A stretch of 64,000 nucleotides of DNA. Origin: Eubacterium sp. (GTDB lineage Bacteria; Bacillota; Clostridia; Lachnospirales; Lachnospiraceae). Below, in pieces: positions 25,394-35,348 of the stretch (positions within the stretch are counted from its first letter, which is position 1; each line of letters begins with the position of its first letter). The stretch covers positions 17,771 through 81,770 of the forward strand of contig JAFRGW010000150.1 of assembly GCA_017433615.1 (NCBI GenBank). Reading direction: 5' to 3'. The notes beneath the pieces are model-generated. The model was given only the letters and a program-made list of their open reading frames with translations, made no database searches and was not told the origin of the DNA. Made by a program: the position numbers and the translations under genes.

Positions 25394-28134
25394 TTCTTCT
25401 TTCCTTTTCTTTTCTTAAAACTCATAATTGATGTGATAAAAAAAACAATTACTGATCCAAAACTAACAACTGCTCCCTCATATAATAAAGGTGTTCTATA
25501 TCTAAGAGCTATCGACTTCGATCCTCCTTTTATCGGAACTCCAAGAAAAGCACTGTCTGCTTTCACTACAGGCACTTGGACACCGTCAACATATGCTTTC
25601 CATCCTTCAGAATATGGGACAGAGATAAACAAAACACTATCGTTTTGATAAGAAGAAGATAAGTCAAAGCCATTTTCTATTAACTCAATACTATCTAATT
25701 CCGAGGAAACCATTCTTTTCCTTTGTGATTCTATTTCAGAAACGGGCTGATAAATGATTTCCAGATTTCTGATCGTATAGATACCTTGATTTCTAAAAGT
25801 AAGGTGAATGCTACTTCTTTCGCCTTTAGAATAACCGAGATTTGTAAGGAATGAGTGATTCCCATTATAATATGCATTCTTATTGTTTTGAAAATGTAGT
25901 CTGGCACCTGAGTCTTCAGCAGAATTCAAGTCTATAACACAAGATGTCGCTTTTCCATCTTCAGAATTATAATCAAGTCCATCAAACCTCACATATAACT
26001 CACCATCTTTTTGGGATTCAAAATTCAAATCCAGACAAGCATCATTCTCTTTAACTAAGAAACGATTTCCTTCAATCGTAATCCCCTCGCATTTATCAAT
26101 CTGATAATCAAGTATTTCATCATTAAATAAAGGTTCTGTTTTGTTTAGATCATATTCCGATAAATCTATTTCCGCTGCGATCCCCTGCAAAAGCATCTGC
26201 TGTTTTTGTACGGAAGTAGCATTTTTATACTGAGACATATTTAATATCTTATTACTTAGAAATGCTAATGGAAGTCTATTTTTGCTACTATATATACAAT
26301 AATCCCCCATCCTGTCAACCAAACAATCATAGCCGTAAGGCAAATTATATTCTTCACCTTCTTTTATAACAACGTATTTCACCCCCAATAATGTATCAGA
26401 GAAACTTCTTTGATCTAAATTATAGAATGTCTGCTGCATTGTATAGTTTAATTCCAAATCCTTAATATACTCCGGAAAATCCCCTCCATGCGTACTGAAA
26501 TAATAGGATGTTCCATATTGCTTCAAGAGCATACTTGAATTCCTTTTTACATCCGAAGAAGCACTTCCTGCCGTATCAAACCGAAAAAGAGTTCTGTCGT
26601 CGAGCTTCGTAATAGCATACCCTGGAGTGTTTTGGGTCAATTCATTATATGCTGTTCCTGCTTCTCCAAAGCACTGAAGATAATTCTCTTTCTTTGGAGA
26701 ATATGTATAAAACGAATTATATGCCAAAAATACTATGGCGCAAACAAGGATAAAACTATACTTTCGGATCTGTCCGATACTTGTCTTCCGCAAAAAAGAA
26801 AAGGCAATGATCCAAAAGTACATTATTACTACATTGTTAATCACGATTATACTTTGGTTGTATGTGGAATTAATTGTGAAAAACCCATATACAAGCGTAA
26901 CAACTACCGTTATCCCCCATTCTTTTTCCGATGCCACGAACATCTTCGGAAGACAGTAAGCTACTAGAAATGCAATCAGCAAATCCAAGGCCCATATCCA
27001 TCTATTGGTAACATAAGCGAACCCATTCATAAGATGTGCAAAATATGGAACGCACAAACCTACAAGCAAAAACAGTAGCGAGATTAACAATATTTTACTT
27101 TTTTTACTATGTTTACTAGTGGTGTGAATAACAAAAAACAACAAAACAAATACTGCTAAAGCAGAATACCCCATGTATACATAATAGTCTCCCCCACCTG
27201 CCAGTAATCTTCCAAAACATCGCAAATAGTATTCCTTAGAATAGAAATAAGGAATATAATTATCTGCCCCTGTCGCTCTATCTGACGAAAGCAAACTGTA
27301 CATAGATGGTAATAATATAATAGCCGAAATGCCTATTCCTAATAATGAGTTGAGCATAAACCGGCCAATTAATAATAATAGTCGTTTAATATCTCGTATA
27401 TTATAGCTCGAAAAAAAACGTATTAATGTGTATACAAACACAAAAACTGCCATCATGTAAAAGAAATAAAAGCAAGATGCTGCTGATAAGGCTATAACAA
27501 AGCAGTAATACACACTAAACTTGTTATTTAACAGTTTCTCGACACCAACTAATAACAACGGAAAAAAAACCATTGGCAACGAAAAATAAGGATGAAGAGT
27601 AACTATATAAATCGGATATGCAGAAAATACATAAATCATTGACCCGATAAGTGTAGGGATATCCTTGTTCCCAACATATCTAGAGAAATAGGAAAAACTT
27701 AAGCCAGCTAGGTATAATTCTAGAATTAATACAACACAATATCCTATCTCTGCATAACGTGTAGGAATGAAAACAGATAAAAAAGCAAATGGATCCCCAA
27801 TTGCATAAAACCATAATGTTTGTATGATGTCCTGCCCATATCCAATACTAAGATCCCACATCGGAATTGTAAGTTTCCCAGAATGTAATAGCGATCTTAT
27901 AATATGTCTCAAATATTTTCCGTAATACACAAACGCATTATAGTGTATTACTAATCCATCACCTCCTCCATTTGTATCAACAAATACAAATGACTTATGA
28001 TTAATAAGGAATTGAACAAAAACTAAACTACACCCCAGCAAAAAAACAATTGTGTAAATGAGAATATATTTTTTTTTATCTAAACAGTTCTCATCATTTT
28101 TCAAAAATAATCTATTAGATCTAACTAGATGCAT
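25390..28134 (-). CDS. YfhO-family GT-C glycosyltransferase
   Basis: 914 aa: N-terminal multi-TM half (DG..H, GDPF, YFFYM, NRW), large extracellular domain, SVPYSEGWKAYVDG...YRTP and a final TM. Confidence 0.88.
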   Translation of the reverse strand: MHLVRSNRLFLKNDENCLDKKKYILIYTIVFLLGCSLVFVQFLINHKSFVFVDTNGGGDGLVIHYNAFVYYGKYLRHIIRSLLHSGKLTIPMWDLSIGYGQDIIQTLWFYAIGDPFAFLSVFIPTRYAEIGYCVVLILELYLAGLSFSYFSRYVGNKDIPTLIGSMIYVFSAYPIYIVTLHPYFSLPMVFFPLLLVGVEKLLNNKFSVYYCFVIALSAASCFYFFYMMAVFVFVYTLIRFFSSYNIRDIKRLLLLIGRFMLNSLLGIGISAIILLPSMYSLLSSDRATGADNYIPYFYSKEYYLRCFGRLLAGGGDYYVYMGYSALAVFVLLFFVIHTTSKHSKKSKILLISLLFLLVGLCVPYFAHLMNGFAYVTNRWIWALDLLIAFLVAYCLPKMFVASEKEWGITVVVTLVYGFFTINSTYNQSIIVINNVVIMYFWIIAFSFLRKTSIGQIRKYSFILVCAIVFLAYNSFYTYSPKKENYLQCFGEAGTAYNELTQNTPGYAITKLDDRTLFRFDTAGSASSDVKRNSSMLLKQYGTSYYFSTHGGDFPEYIKDLELNYTMQQTFYNLDQRSFSDTLLGVKYVVIKEGEEYNLPYGYDCLVDRMGDYCIYSSKNRLPLAFLSNKILNMSQYKNATSVQKQQMLLQGIAAEIDLSEYDLNKTEPLFNDEILDYQIDKCEGITIEGNRFLVKENDACLDLNFESQKDGELYVRFDGLDYNSEDGKATSCVIDLNSAEDSGARLHFQNNKNAYYNGNHSFLTNLGYSKGERSSIHLTFRNQGIYTIRNLEIIYQPVSEIESQRKRMVSSELDSIELIENGFDLSSSYQNDSVLFISVPYSEGWKAYVDGVQVPVVKADSAFLGVPIKGGSKSIALRYRTPLLYEGAVVSFGSVIVFFITSIMSFKKRKGKKK

Positions 28135-28182
28135 CTGCTTATTCTCCTTTACTTACTATATAAGAGCCACACGCAAAAACGC

Positions 28183-31100
28183 TTAACTATAATCTAATAT
28201 TTCACACAATTTTTCTGCGAACCGTCCTACACTATTTCCATCACAAGCCGTAAGATATTTATCCCGGAATGCCTTTATTTTTCCATTATTATATCCTTCT
28301 GGATTGTTAAGGCATTCAGCTAATTCACCAGCTGTTCTGACAATTGGGCAAAACTCATATGACGTCCAGTCATCTGTAATCCCGGAGATATTTGAATCTC
28401 TCCGCATATTGTCATAGTCACCCGCTGAAGCTAATACAGGCTTGTCCATCAGCGCTGCTTCAAAAAATGTGTCTCTATAATCACCGACAATCACATCACA
28501 CGCCACCATAAGTTCGCGCAAAGATATCCCCCGCTTAATGAGTCTGCTAAATCCTTCTACCTCAAGAACATTATCAAACGGTGTTTGCTCCATCTGACGT
28601 TTATTCATATGCACTGCAACCATATATTCATTTCCAAGCAAATGCTGCAAGGCGTGCATTTCCAACAAACTTGCCCATGGATAATCCTCCTGAACCAGAC
28701 GCACATGTGGCAGATAAAGAATTATTTTTTTTGAAGCTGCTTCAGGCATCACTGTAATCAGTTTTTTTCTTGCATTTTCCGCAAATTTCCTGTCGTAATA
28801 AAGATCTGTAAAGCAACACCCTGGAATTGTTTTTACATTCTCCAGTGCAGGAGCAAAAGCAGATAAATATTCGTCTTTGAGCGTTTCTGCAGGAAGCTGG
28901 ATATAATCAATTGCATTTCTGCTTGCAGTTTTCTGATACTTATCCTGCCATTTAGCATAATAATTCATGCCAAGACCCTTTTTATAAAATGAAACTGCAT
29001 ATCCCGGAATAAGGATTTGTTTTGTCTCCTCCCGAAGTTTTATCCCATACAAAAACGGAATCGGATTCTGTGATATTACAACAGCTGACTGCGCAAATAA
29101 CTGTGCCGCCTCCTTCAAATTCTTTTCGGCCGTATCCAATTCCAACCGCACCAACTGCGCTTTAACAGTGTTTTCGAACGCGGAGTTTCCAAGAAGCATC
29201 CCCAGATTTTGTGTTGACCCAAATGCAGACTTATCTCCGACAAACAAAATCTGTTTCTTTACATCATTATTCTGTACTGCCTCATCATAAAAGCCTTTGA
29301 AATCTTTAGCCTGTTGGATCAGATTTATGTAGCGTTTTTCATAGGTTTCATTTAATTTCCTGTGCTTTTCTTTTAATAGAATTCCTCCTGCAGGATCTTC
29401 GCCAGGAAAAATCTGATACATTTCAAAATAACGTTCTTTTACCGCCTTTGATGAACGGGCAACAGACATGGAGATTGATGAAGTAACGATTGTCTCACCC
29501 CTTGCCAACTCTTTTTCCTCAAATTTATCAAGCATCTCCATTGTAAACGGCGGTGCAAATTCACGCTTATTTGAGAAAAGTGCTGCTGAGTCTGTTAATA
29601 CACCAATTTGATCTGCAAACTCTTCCTGCCCTTTGTTTTCATCAAAATAATTCAAAGCAAACTCCTGAAGGAGCCGTGCCGTAGCATCCCTGTCCTGAAG
29701 TTCCAGTTGTGCATATTCCGCTGCAAACTGCGGCAGTATCACTTGCGTCGCTTCAAATAAAACTTGATCGTAAGAGATTGCTTCCAGTTTGGGCTGAATC
29801 CCATCTGGTGTACGAACATACTTCTCAACACTCTTATATGGCATATTGGCAAATATACTTTCCATAAATAAGAGTGGTACATTGTTTGATACAAAATTAT
29901 GACGAATAGAATGACCTTCCGTTGGCAGGATTGAACGCAAATAATAAAATGGTGCATCCGCTTCCTTTCCGATCGTATGCTCCCACAATCTGGTGAAACA
30001 TGCCTGCGCATTTCCACGTCCCCAATACTCTACCATAGCAAACGGTTTATCCTCATCAATCTCTTGTTTTAGATAACCACATACGAGAATACGCTCTTCT
30101 TCAGCCTTCCTTAATAAAAATGATTCATATTCTGAAGAACTCTTTACCACATCTACCAGTGCCTGAGATTCTTCTTTATCCTCAAAATTAATTTGTTCTA
30201 AGTCCACCTCCGAGAACAACTCATCAAATGTTGACTGATCAATATCCATGGCCTTCAGTAGTTTCTCCGCTGACTGAACCGCATTAAAGTTTCCATAACT
30301 CAACCAGAAGGATGGATCAATCTCGGTGATAAATGAAGGAATCCTCCATGTTCTGCGTGACGCATAGATATATTTCGTCTCCAATGGGAGATTTCTTTTG
30401 GCTATAATTACATCTGCAATCCGCTTCAGATGATGTCCGTCACGTGAAACAAAATACAGAATCTGATAACCTCTTCTGACCGCGTCATTCAAAACCCAAT
30501 CGATATACGGTACCATACACAGCGAAATAAACGACAATACAAGCTGCTCCTTAGGTGAAGTGTACTGCAACCCCATTCTTGCCTGAAGAGCAGCTACAAG
30601 AAAAGCATCTTTTGTCCCTATTTCTTTCACCATCTGCGTTTGAAGGTTCCCAAACTCAGGGCGCTTAATCTGATGTGCTTCTATGCGAAAGTCTCTCGGC
30701 CTTTTTCGATCAGCCACTTCATTATCTCCTGTATGAATCCATTTTCCAAAATTGTAATACGGAGAGAATGATTTGTAGACTTCAAAAAACAGCTTCTGTG
30801 TTGTCTTTTGGACCCCGAATGAACTCGAAAGAAACAACGGCACGTCGGAAAGTGCCGGATCCGCCTTTACCAACATCTTTCGTACGATTTCTTCTGATAA
30901 GTACATATCGCTTATTAATACGACGGTATTCCCATTATCCCGCAATTCTTTAACATATTGAATTTGCTCTGTAAGCGGTATTACATTATCCAGTTCCTCC
31001 TGTATCTCCCAATCCATCAGTTTTTCAGCCTGATCATCCTGGAGTTCGTACAAAGTTTTCATACGCTCAAAGATTTCCCACATTTGTATCTCTATGTGGT

Positions 31101-32592
31101 CACTCGCGCGCTCATCCTGCGTTTTCCGATAATACTCGCGCACATTCTGTTCACAGGTTTGCCTGATTGATGGATAGTGATTCACCAGATCTGACGGGAA
31201 CTCTCCGCTTTCTATCATGCGCTCTCGCACGGCATAAAAAATCCCCTCAGGTTCCAGCACTTTTCTGCTGATCAGAGTATCAAAAACATCAAAACTATAT
31301 AATACCGGAAACTGACGCTCTGTCACTTTAAATGAGACTGCCTTCTCAATAATCGTTTCAAAATCATCTTTTCCTTTTGAATAACTCCAAAATAAGTCAT
31401 GAATTCGTTTGATATCTTCTTCTTCTTGCTTATTTTCAAACGATTCTATAGCTCGAAGAAGGCTCCTGAAATCCAGACAGATTTCACCCAATGTACGCTC
31501 ATAAAACGCTTCCTTGCTCTGTGTAACTCCCTCTACACAGTATTCATCAATATCAAAGACGTAACGGATATAATGAGGGATTCCCATTTCTATCATGTCT
31601 GAGACAATACTGGAATAATCGATAATGGCAAGATCCATCTGATCCATTACCTCATAAAAATCTTCCCGATTATCCCAAAACATGAAATATTGTCTGTCTC
31701 CATACCGCTTTTTGGCATCAAGAAATGCTGCCTCCTTCTCCATGTAAGGATGCACTTTGAATATCATTAAAATATCATTTTTCTCACAGCACGCATAAAG
31801 CGCCTCAAGATCTTTCATCGCACTTGCAAAAGCATCTCCATGTTTTGCACGATACGTCGGTGCATATACAGCAAATCTTGTTTTCGGAGACAGGCCTTTG
31901 CGTTTACGAAGATCATGATCGAAGCTGGCAATTCTTCTGAAATTGCGTTGATATAGATTACGTACATATCCGCATCTGATAAAATGATCGTCATCCACGC
32001 CACAGTCCAGTGCAAATTCTTTTTCGATCATCGGAGAAGTTACACAAAGCAACTGATAATCACGATAATATGCATTATTCCTTACATACTTTTTGGCAAT
32101 TGGCATGGCTATCGTACCTTCATACAGTTTACGCTCAACCCTTTTAAAGCCAACTCCATGCCACAGATTGAGATACTTTGCACATTTCAGTTCTGCAGGA
32201 ATAAAGTCTTTTACCTGTTCTGCTACTAATACACCCGTCAGTGAAAACAGATAATGAGCTTCCGCCGAATTACTGTCAAATGCCGGGAACCCGAGTCCTC
32301 GTACTTGCTCAAGAGTTTCCTCTTCTTCACAAAACCAATATGCAAAAATATCCGGTCTGTAGTATTGAATATACGCAAATAAAAACTTTGGATTACCTCT
32401 AAAATCCTGACTTGTATTTCCGGCACAGAAGGCCCAGATATGATCCTGATCCTTCCCTTTGATATATACTTCCAGCTTTGCGAAATCCGAATTGTTCTTT
32501 TTTCTCTCAGCAGATATTGTTCTCTCGCTTAAAGAGATAATTTTTCCCTTTGCGTATCTTTTTGCTTTTGCAATTATACTATTACGTTTCAT
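28183..32592 (-). CDS. Multidomain polymerase: TagF-like CDP-alditol phosphotransferase + HAD phosphatase + phosphoribosyltransferase-like domain + degenerate TagF-like domain
   Basis: TagF motifs LWHG, YAPTYR, KVHP, DYSS; HAD motifs FDVFDTL, ISDMYL, HTGDN..AD; FVSRDG and VEYWGRG; C-terminal YLPHVR/GDYRD. Confidence 0.8.
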   Translation of the reverse strand: MKRNSIIAKAKRYAKGKIISLSERTISAERKKNNSDFAKLEVYIKGKDQDHIWAFCAGNTSQDFRGNPKFLFAYIQYYRPDIFAYWFCEEEETLEQVRGLGFPAFDSNSAEAHYLFSLTGVLVAEQVKDFIPAELKCAKYLNLWHGVGFKRVERKLYEGTIAMPIAKKYVRNNAYYRDYQLLCVTSPMIEKEFALDCGVDDDHFIRCGYVRNLYQRNFRRIASFDHDLRKRKGLSPKTRFAVYAPTYRAKHGDAFASAMKDLEALYACCEKNDILMIFKVHPYMEKEAAFLDAKKRYGDRQYFMFWDNREDFYEVMDQMDLAIIDYSSIVSDMIEMGIPHYIRYVFDIDEYCVEGVTQSKEAFYERTLGEICLDFRSLLRAIESFENKQEEEDIKRIHDLFWSYSKGKDDFETIIEKAVSFKVTERQFPVLYSFDVFDTLISRKVLEPEGIFYAVRERMIESGEFPSDLVNHYPSIRQTCEQNVREYYRKTQDERASDHIEIQMWEIFERMKTLYELQDDQAEKLMDWEIQEELDNVIPLTEQIQYVKELRDNGNTVVLISDMYLSEEIVRKMLVKADPALSDVPLFLSSSFGVQKTTQKLFFEVYKSFSPYYNFGKWIHTGDNEVADRKRPRDFRIEAHQIKRPEFGNLQTQMVKEIGTKDAFLVAALQARMGLQYTSPKEQLVLSFISLCMVPYIDWVLNDAVRRGYQILYFVSRDGHHLKRIADVIIAKRNLPLETKYIYASRRTWRIPSFITEIDPSFWLSYGNFNAVQSAEKLLKAMDIDQSTFDELFSEVDLEQINFEDKEESQALVDVVKSSSEYESFLLRKAEEERILVCGYLKQEIDEDKPFAMVEYWGRGNAQACFTRLWEHTIGKEADAPFYYLRSILPTEGHSIRHNFVSNNVPLLFMESIFANMPYKSVEKYVRTPDGIQPKLEAISYDQVLFEATQVILPQFAAEYAQLELQDRDATARLLQEFALNYFDENKGQEEFADQIGVLTDSAALFSNKREFAPPFTMEMLDKFEEKELARGETIVTSSISMSVARSSKAVKERYFEMYQIFPGEDPAGGILLKEKHRKLNETYEKRYINLIQQAKDFKGFYDEAVQNNDVKKQILFVGDKSAFGSTQNLGMLLGNSAFENTVKAQLVRLELDTAEKNLKEAAQLFAQSAVVISQNPIPFLYGIKLREETKQILIPGYAVSFYKKGLGMNYYAKWQDKYQKTASRNAIDYIQLPAETLKDEYLSAFAPALENVKTIPGCCFTDLYYDRKFAENARKKLITVMPEAASKKIILYLPHVRLVQEDYPWASLLEMHALQHLLGNEYMVAVHMNKRQMEQTPFDNVLEVEGFSRLIKRGISLRELMVACDVIVGDYRDTFFEAALMDKPVLASAGDYDNMRRDSNISGITDDWTSYEFCPIVRTAGELAECLNNPEGYNNGKIKAFRDKYLTACDGNSVGRFAEKLCEILDYS

Positions 32593-35309
32593 AACAGTTC
32601 TCCATGGCTGCTTACTGCCTGCTTTCCAGTGAGGGCCAGATATAAACGTTCTCTCTGCTTGTCATCATAATGATAGAAAAATTTCTGATACATATGTACA
32701 TATTTCTCCGGAATCCTGCATCCTGTTTTCAGCAATTCTCTCAACGCTTTTACAGCTTCTTCTGCATTAAGTGCAACCTCTCCAAATGCATTTTCCAACG
32801 GCAGATCGAGTTCTCTGTAATCATTCAATCCTGCCCTGAACAGTTCCTGATCAGGCAGAAAATAGATGATTGGCTTTTTCAGATAAACAAAATCAAATAC
32901 AAACGAAGAAAAATCCGTAATAAAAACACTGTACTCTGTTTCCTTCACTTTTGCATCTGCCATCGAAACACGCTGATTATCAATATGATACATATTCTTA
33001 TAACGGGCAAATATGGGATGAAGCTTAAAATCCAGATAGAAATCAAACTCATTCAGAATCGTATTCAGTTCTTTTGAATTCAAAAATTCCTGCGTTTCCT
33101 TAAAATACAGTGAATTCCTAAACTTCTCTTCTGTCGTTACCCATCCGTTGTTATCCTGTCCGATCAGATACTTTCTCCACGACGGCGCGAAGAGAATACG
33201 GTTAACCGATTTTTGTTCCGTCTCGATAAAGTCATATCTGGGCATCCCGCATGTTATCAAATCCTGTCTTCGGAAACAGTAATGATTCACCAGATTATCC
33301 GCTTCAAATCGGGTTGAAACAACTTCTTTGTCCAGCCGAAGACGTTCTCGGGAATACTTCCAGGGAAGATGCGCATGCAGAACGCCATGCTGTAAATACA
33401 CTACCTCTTTTGGATGATCAAGATCCGCATATGATGCATATCTGCCTTTGGTAAACGGTAGTGTATTGTTTATTTCGATATATGCAGTGATTATTTTTGA
33501 AGCGTTCAGATAGATTATCCTGTGCTTGTATGATCCAAATTGAATAAGATATTTCCGCTGTTCCTTTGGAAATGTCTTTTTCAACGCGTCAAAGTTTTCT
33601 TCATTGATCACATAATATCTGGATATGCCATCTTTTCTGTTAAAATCATAATCAAATTGAAAATAGGCATTATCTCGTCCGACACCCTTGCAATCATAAT
33701 ACAGCCAGGCACCTTTGTACTCTTTGCCGGCTGTAATGACCGCCTGCCTTGCCAGCCATTTTTTCTTGTCTGAAGATTTATATTTATCTCTGATTTTTTT
33801 ATGGTAAGCTGATAACGCTTCAGCATTTACATTACTAATCAGAAAACAGCCGCTGCCATTATCATAAGTAATCTGTTTGTTTTCTATAAGCCATTCATAT
33901 CTTCCTGCACCGGTATTAAAGTAGACCATCCAGTCAAATGTACAGTATGTGTTGAAGTAGAAATTGTCCACAGCAACTTTAAAACCGAATGACTTCACTT
34001 TGTTCAGATCAAATTCCAGATCAAACAGCCAAAATTCGTTTGTCTTTTGCTTTGCAAGGTAATAATTAAATGCTGATTCTCTGAGTTCAATCGGCTGTTT
34101 ATTGTTTATTTCATCGTTATAAACCAGATATAGCTCTGGCTTTTTGTATTGATAGAAATAGTCTGATTTCAAAACTGCACAAAACTTGATTTTCCCCATA
34201 CCGACATAAAACTTCATCACATGAATTTCAATTTTATCCTCATGATGAATTGGCCGGTTGCGATTTGTAATGACCAGGTGATTTGGTCCGCACAGATGCT
34301 GCAGATCGTTATTTGTTTTCATCCCGATAAAGTACATTCTGTGATATTTATTTACCATAGGATGATTGATAATCACTTCATCATCGACCTGATTCAGAAG
34401 GTTTACAATACGTTTTTGAGCCTGTTCAAATTTGTAACTGTCGTAGTGATATGGAAGTAAAATATCGAGCTTTGTCTTCCAGTTCAGATCATTCAGATAT
34501 AACGCCTGTATATACTGCGGAACATGACCTTTTTCATATCCACCGAATAATTCCTCCCAGAAACGCATTGTCGACTCAAAAATGTAATATGCATAGAAGT
34601 AAGTTCTGACAATACTATCCGGCTGTTTGCGATATATATATGTTCCTTCTGCACAATATCCGATCTTCATGCGATTCTGAATAATCTGCGTGCAGTACTT
34701 TTGATCTTCATGCCTGAACGATCTGTCCAAGTCGAACAAAATATTATCGTCGCGCATGTTTTTTACACAAACATTGATTCTTGTCTGAGTAATATAAATG
34801 TTCTCCGGTTCCGTCAGATCATATATGCCGGATTTCTTTAACCGTCTGAACCGAAAATGAGGCTTTGTCTTCTGGCCATTTAAAGTAGGGATTTCATAAT
34901 ATGTCACCAGATCCACTTCATCATAATGCTCTTCAAAAAAAGCAGTAACATTATCGAGCGTTTCCGGGCTCAAAGTGTCGTCTGCATCAAGAAAAAATAA
35001 GTACTTCCCGGCAGCATGCAGAATCCCGTAATTTCTTGCATCAGAAAGACCTCCGTTTTCTTTCCGGAGTATTTTCATCCATTCATTCTTTTCTGCATAG
35101 TTCCGCATAATATCGATGCTGTTGTCAGGTGAACCGTCATCTATCAGCAGCACCTCTATATCGTCTTTGGAGATTGTCTGCTTAACAAGCGAATCCAGAC
35201 ATTCTCCCAAATATTTTTCCATGTTATAAACCGGAACTATAACACTCACTTTACATGCAAATGATCCCACATTATTTTCTGCAAGCATACCTGCGGTATA
35301 TCCCTTCAT
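32589..35309 (-). CDS. Bifunctional GT2 / CDP-glycerol glycerophosphotransferase (TagF-like)
   Basis: N-terminal VPVYN, DDGS, FLDADD and HED; C-terminal LQHGV, GMPRYD, APSWR, KLHP and TDFSS. Confidence 0.88.
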   Translation of the reverse strand: MKGYTAGMLAENNVGSFACKVSVIVPVYNMEKYLGECLDSLVKQTISKDDIEVLLIDDGSPDNSIDIMRNYAEKNEWMKILRKENGGLSDARNYGILHAAGKYLFFLDADDTLSPETLDNVTAFFEEHYDEVDLVTYYEIPTLNGQKTKPHFRFRRLKKSGIYDLTEPENIYITQTRINVCVKNMRDDNILFDLDRSFRHEDQKYCTQIIQNRMKIGYCAEGTYIYRKQPDSIVRTYFYAYYIFESTMRFWEELFGGYEKGHVPQYIQALYLNDLNWKTKLDILLPYHYDSYKFEQAQKRIVNLLNQVDDEVIINHPMVNKYHRMYFIGMKTNNDLQHLCGPNHLVITNRNRPIHHEDKIEIHVMKFYVGMGKIKFCAVLKSDYFYQYKKPELYLVYNDEINNKQPIELRESAFNYYLAKQKTNEFWLFDLEFDLNKVKSFGFKVAVDNFYFNTYCTFDWMVYFNTGAGRYEWLIENKQITYDNGSGCFLISNVNAEALSAYHKKIRDKYKSSDKKKWLARQAVITAGKEYKGAWLYYDCKGVGRDNAYFQFDYDFNRKDGISRYYVINEENFDALKKTFPKEQRKYLIQFGSYKHRIIYLNASKIITAYIEINNTLPFTKGRYASYADLDHPKEVVYLQHGVLHAHLPWKYSRERLRLDKEVVSTRFEADNLVNHYCFRRQDLITCGMPRYDFIETEQKSVNRILFAPSWRKYLIGQDNNGWVTTEEKFRNSLYFKETQEFLNSKELNTILNEFDFYLDFKLHPIFARYKNMYHIDNQRVSMADAKVKETEYSVFITDFSSFVFDFVYLKKPIIYFLPDQELFRAGLNDYRELDLPLENAFGEVALNAEEAVKALRELLKTGCRIPEKYVHMYQKFFYHYDDKQRERLYLALTGKQAVSSHGELL

Positions 35310-35348
35310 AATACATTTTTTGTGATAGCCAGTGGTTCTTCCGTTCAG

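Noticed and set aside
23703-28182. IS element or prophage carrying the Gtr cassette
   Set aside because: No transposase, integrase, terminal inverted repeats or att-like direct repeats seen by eye.
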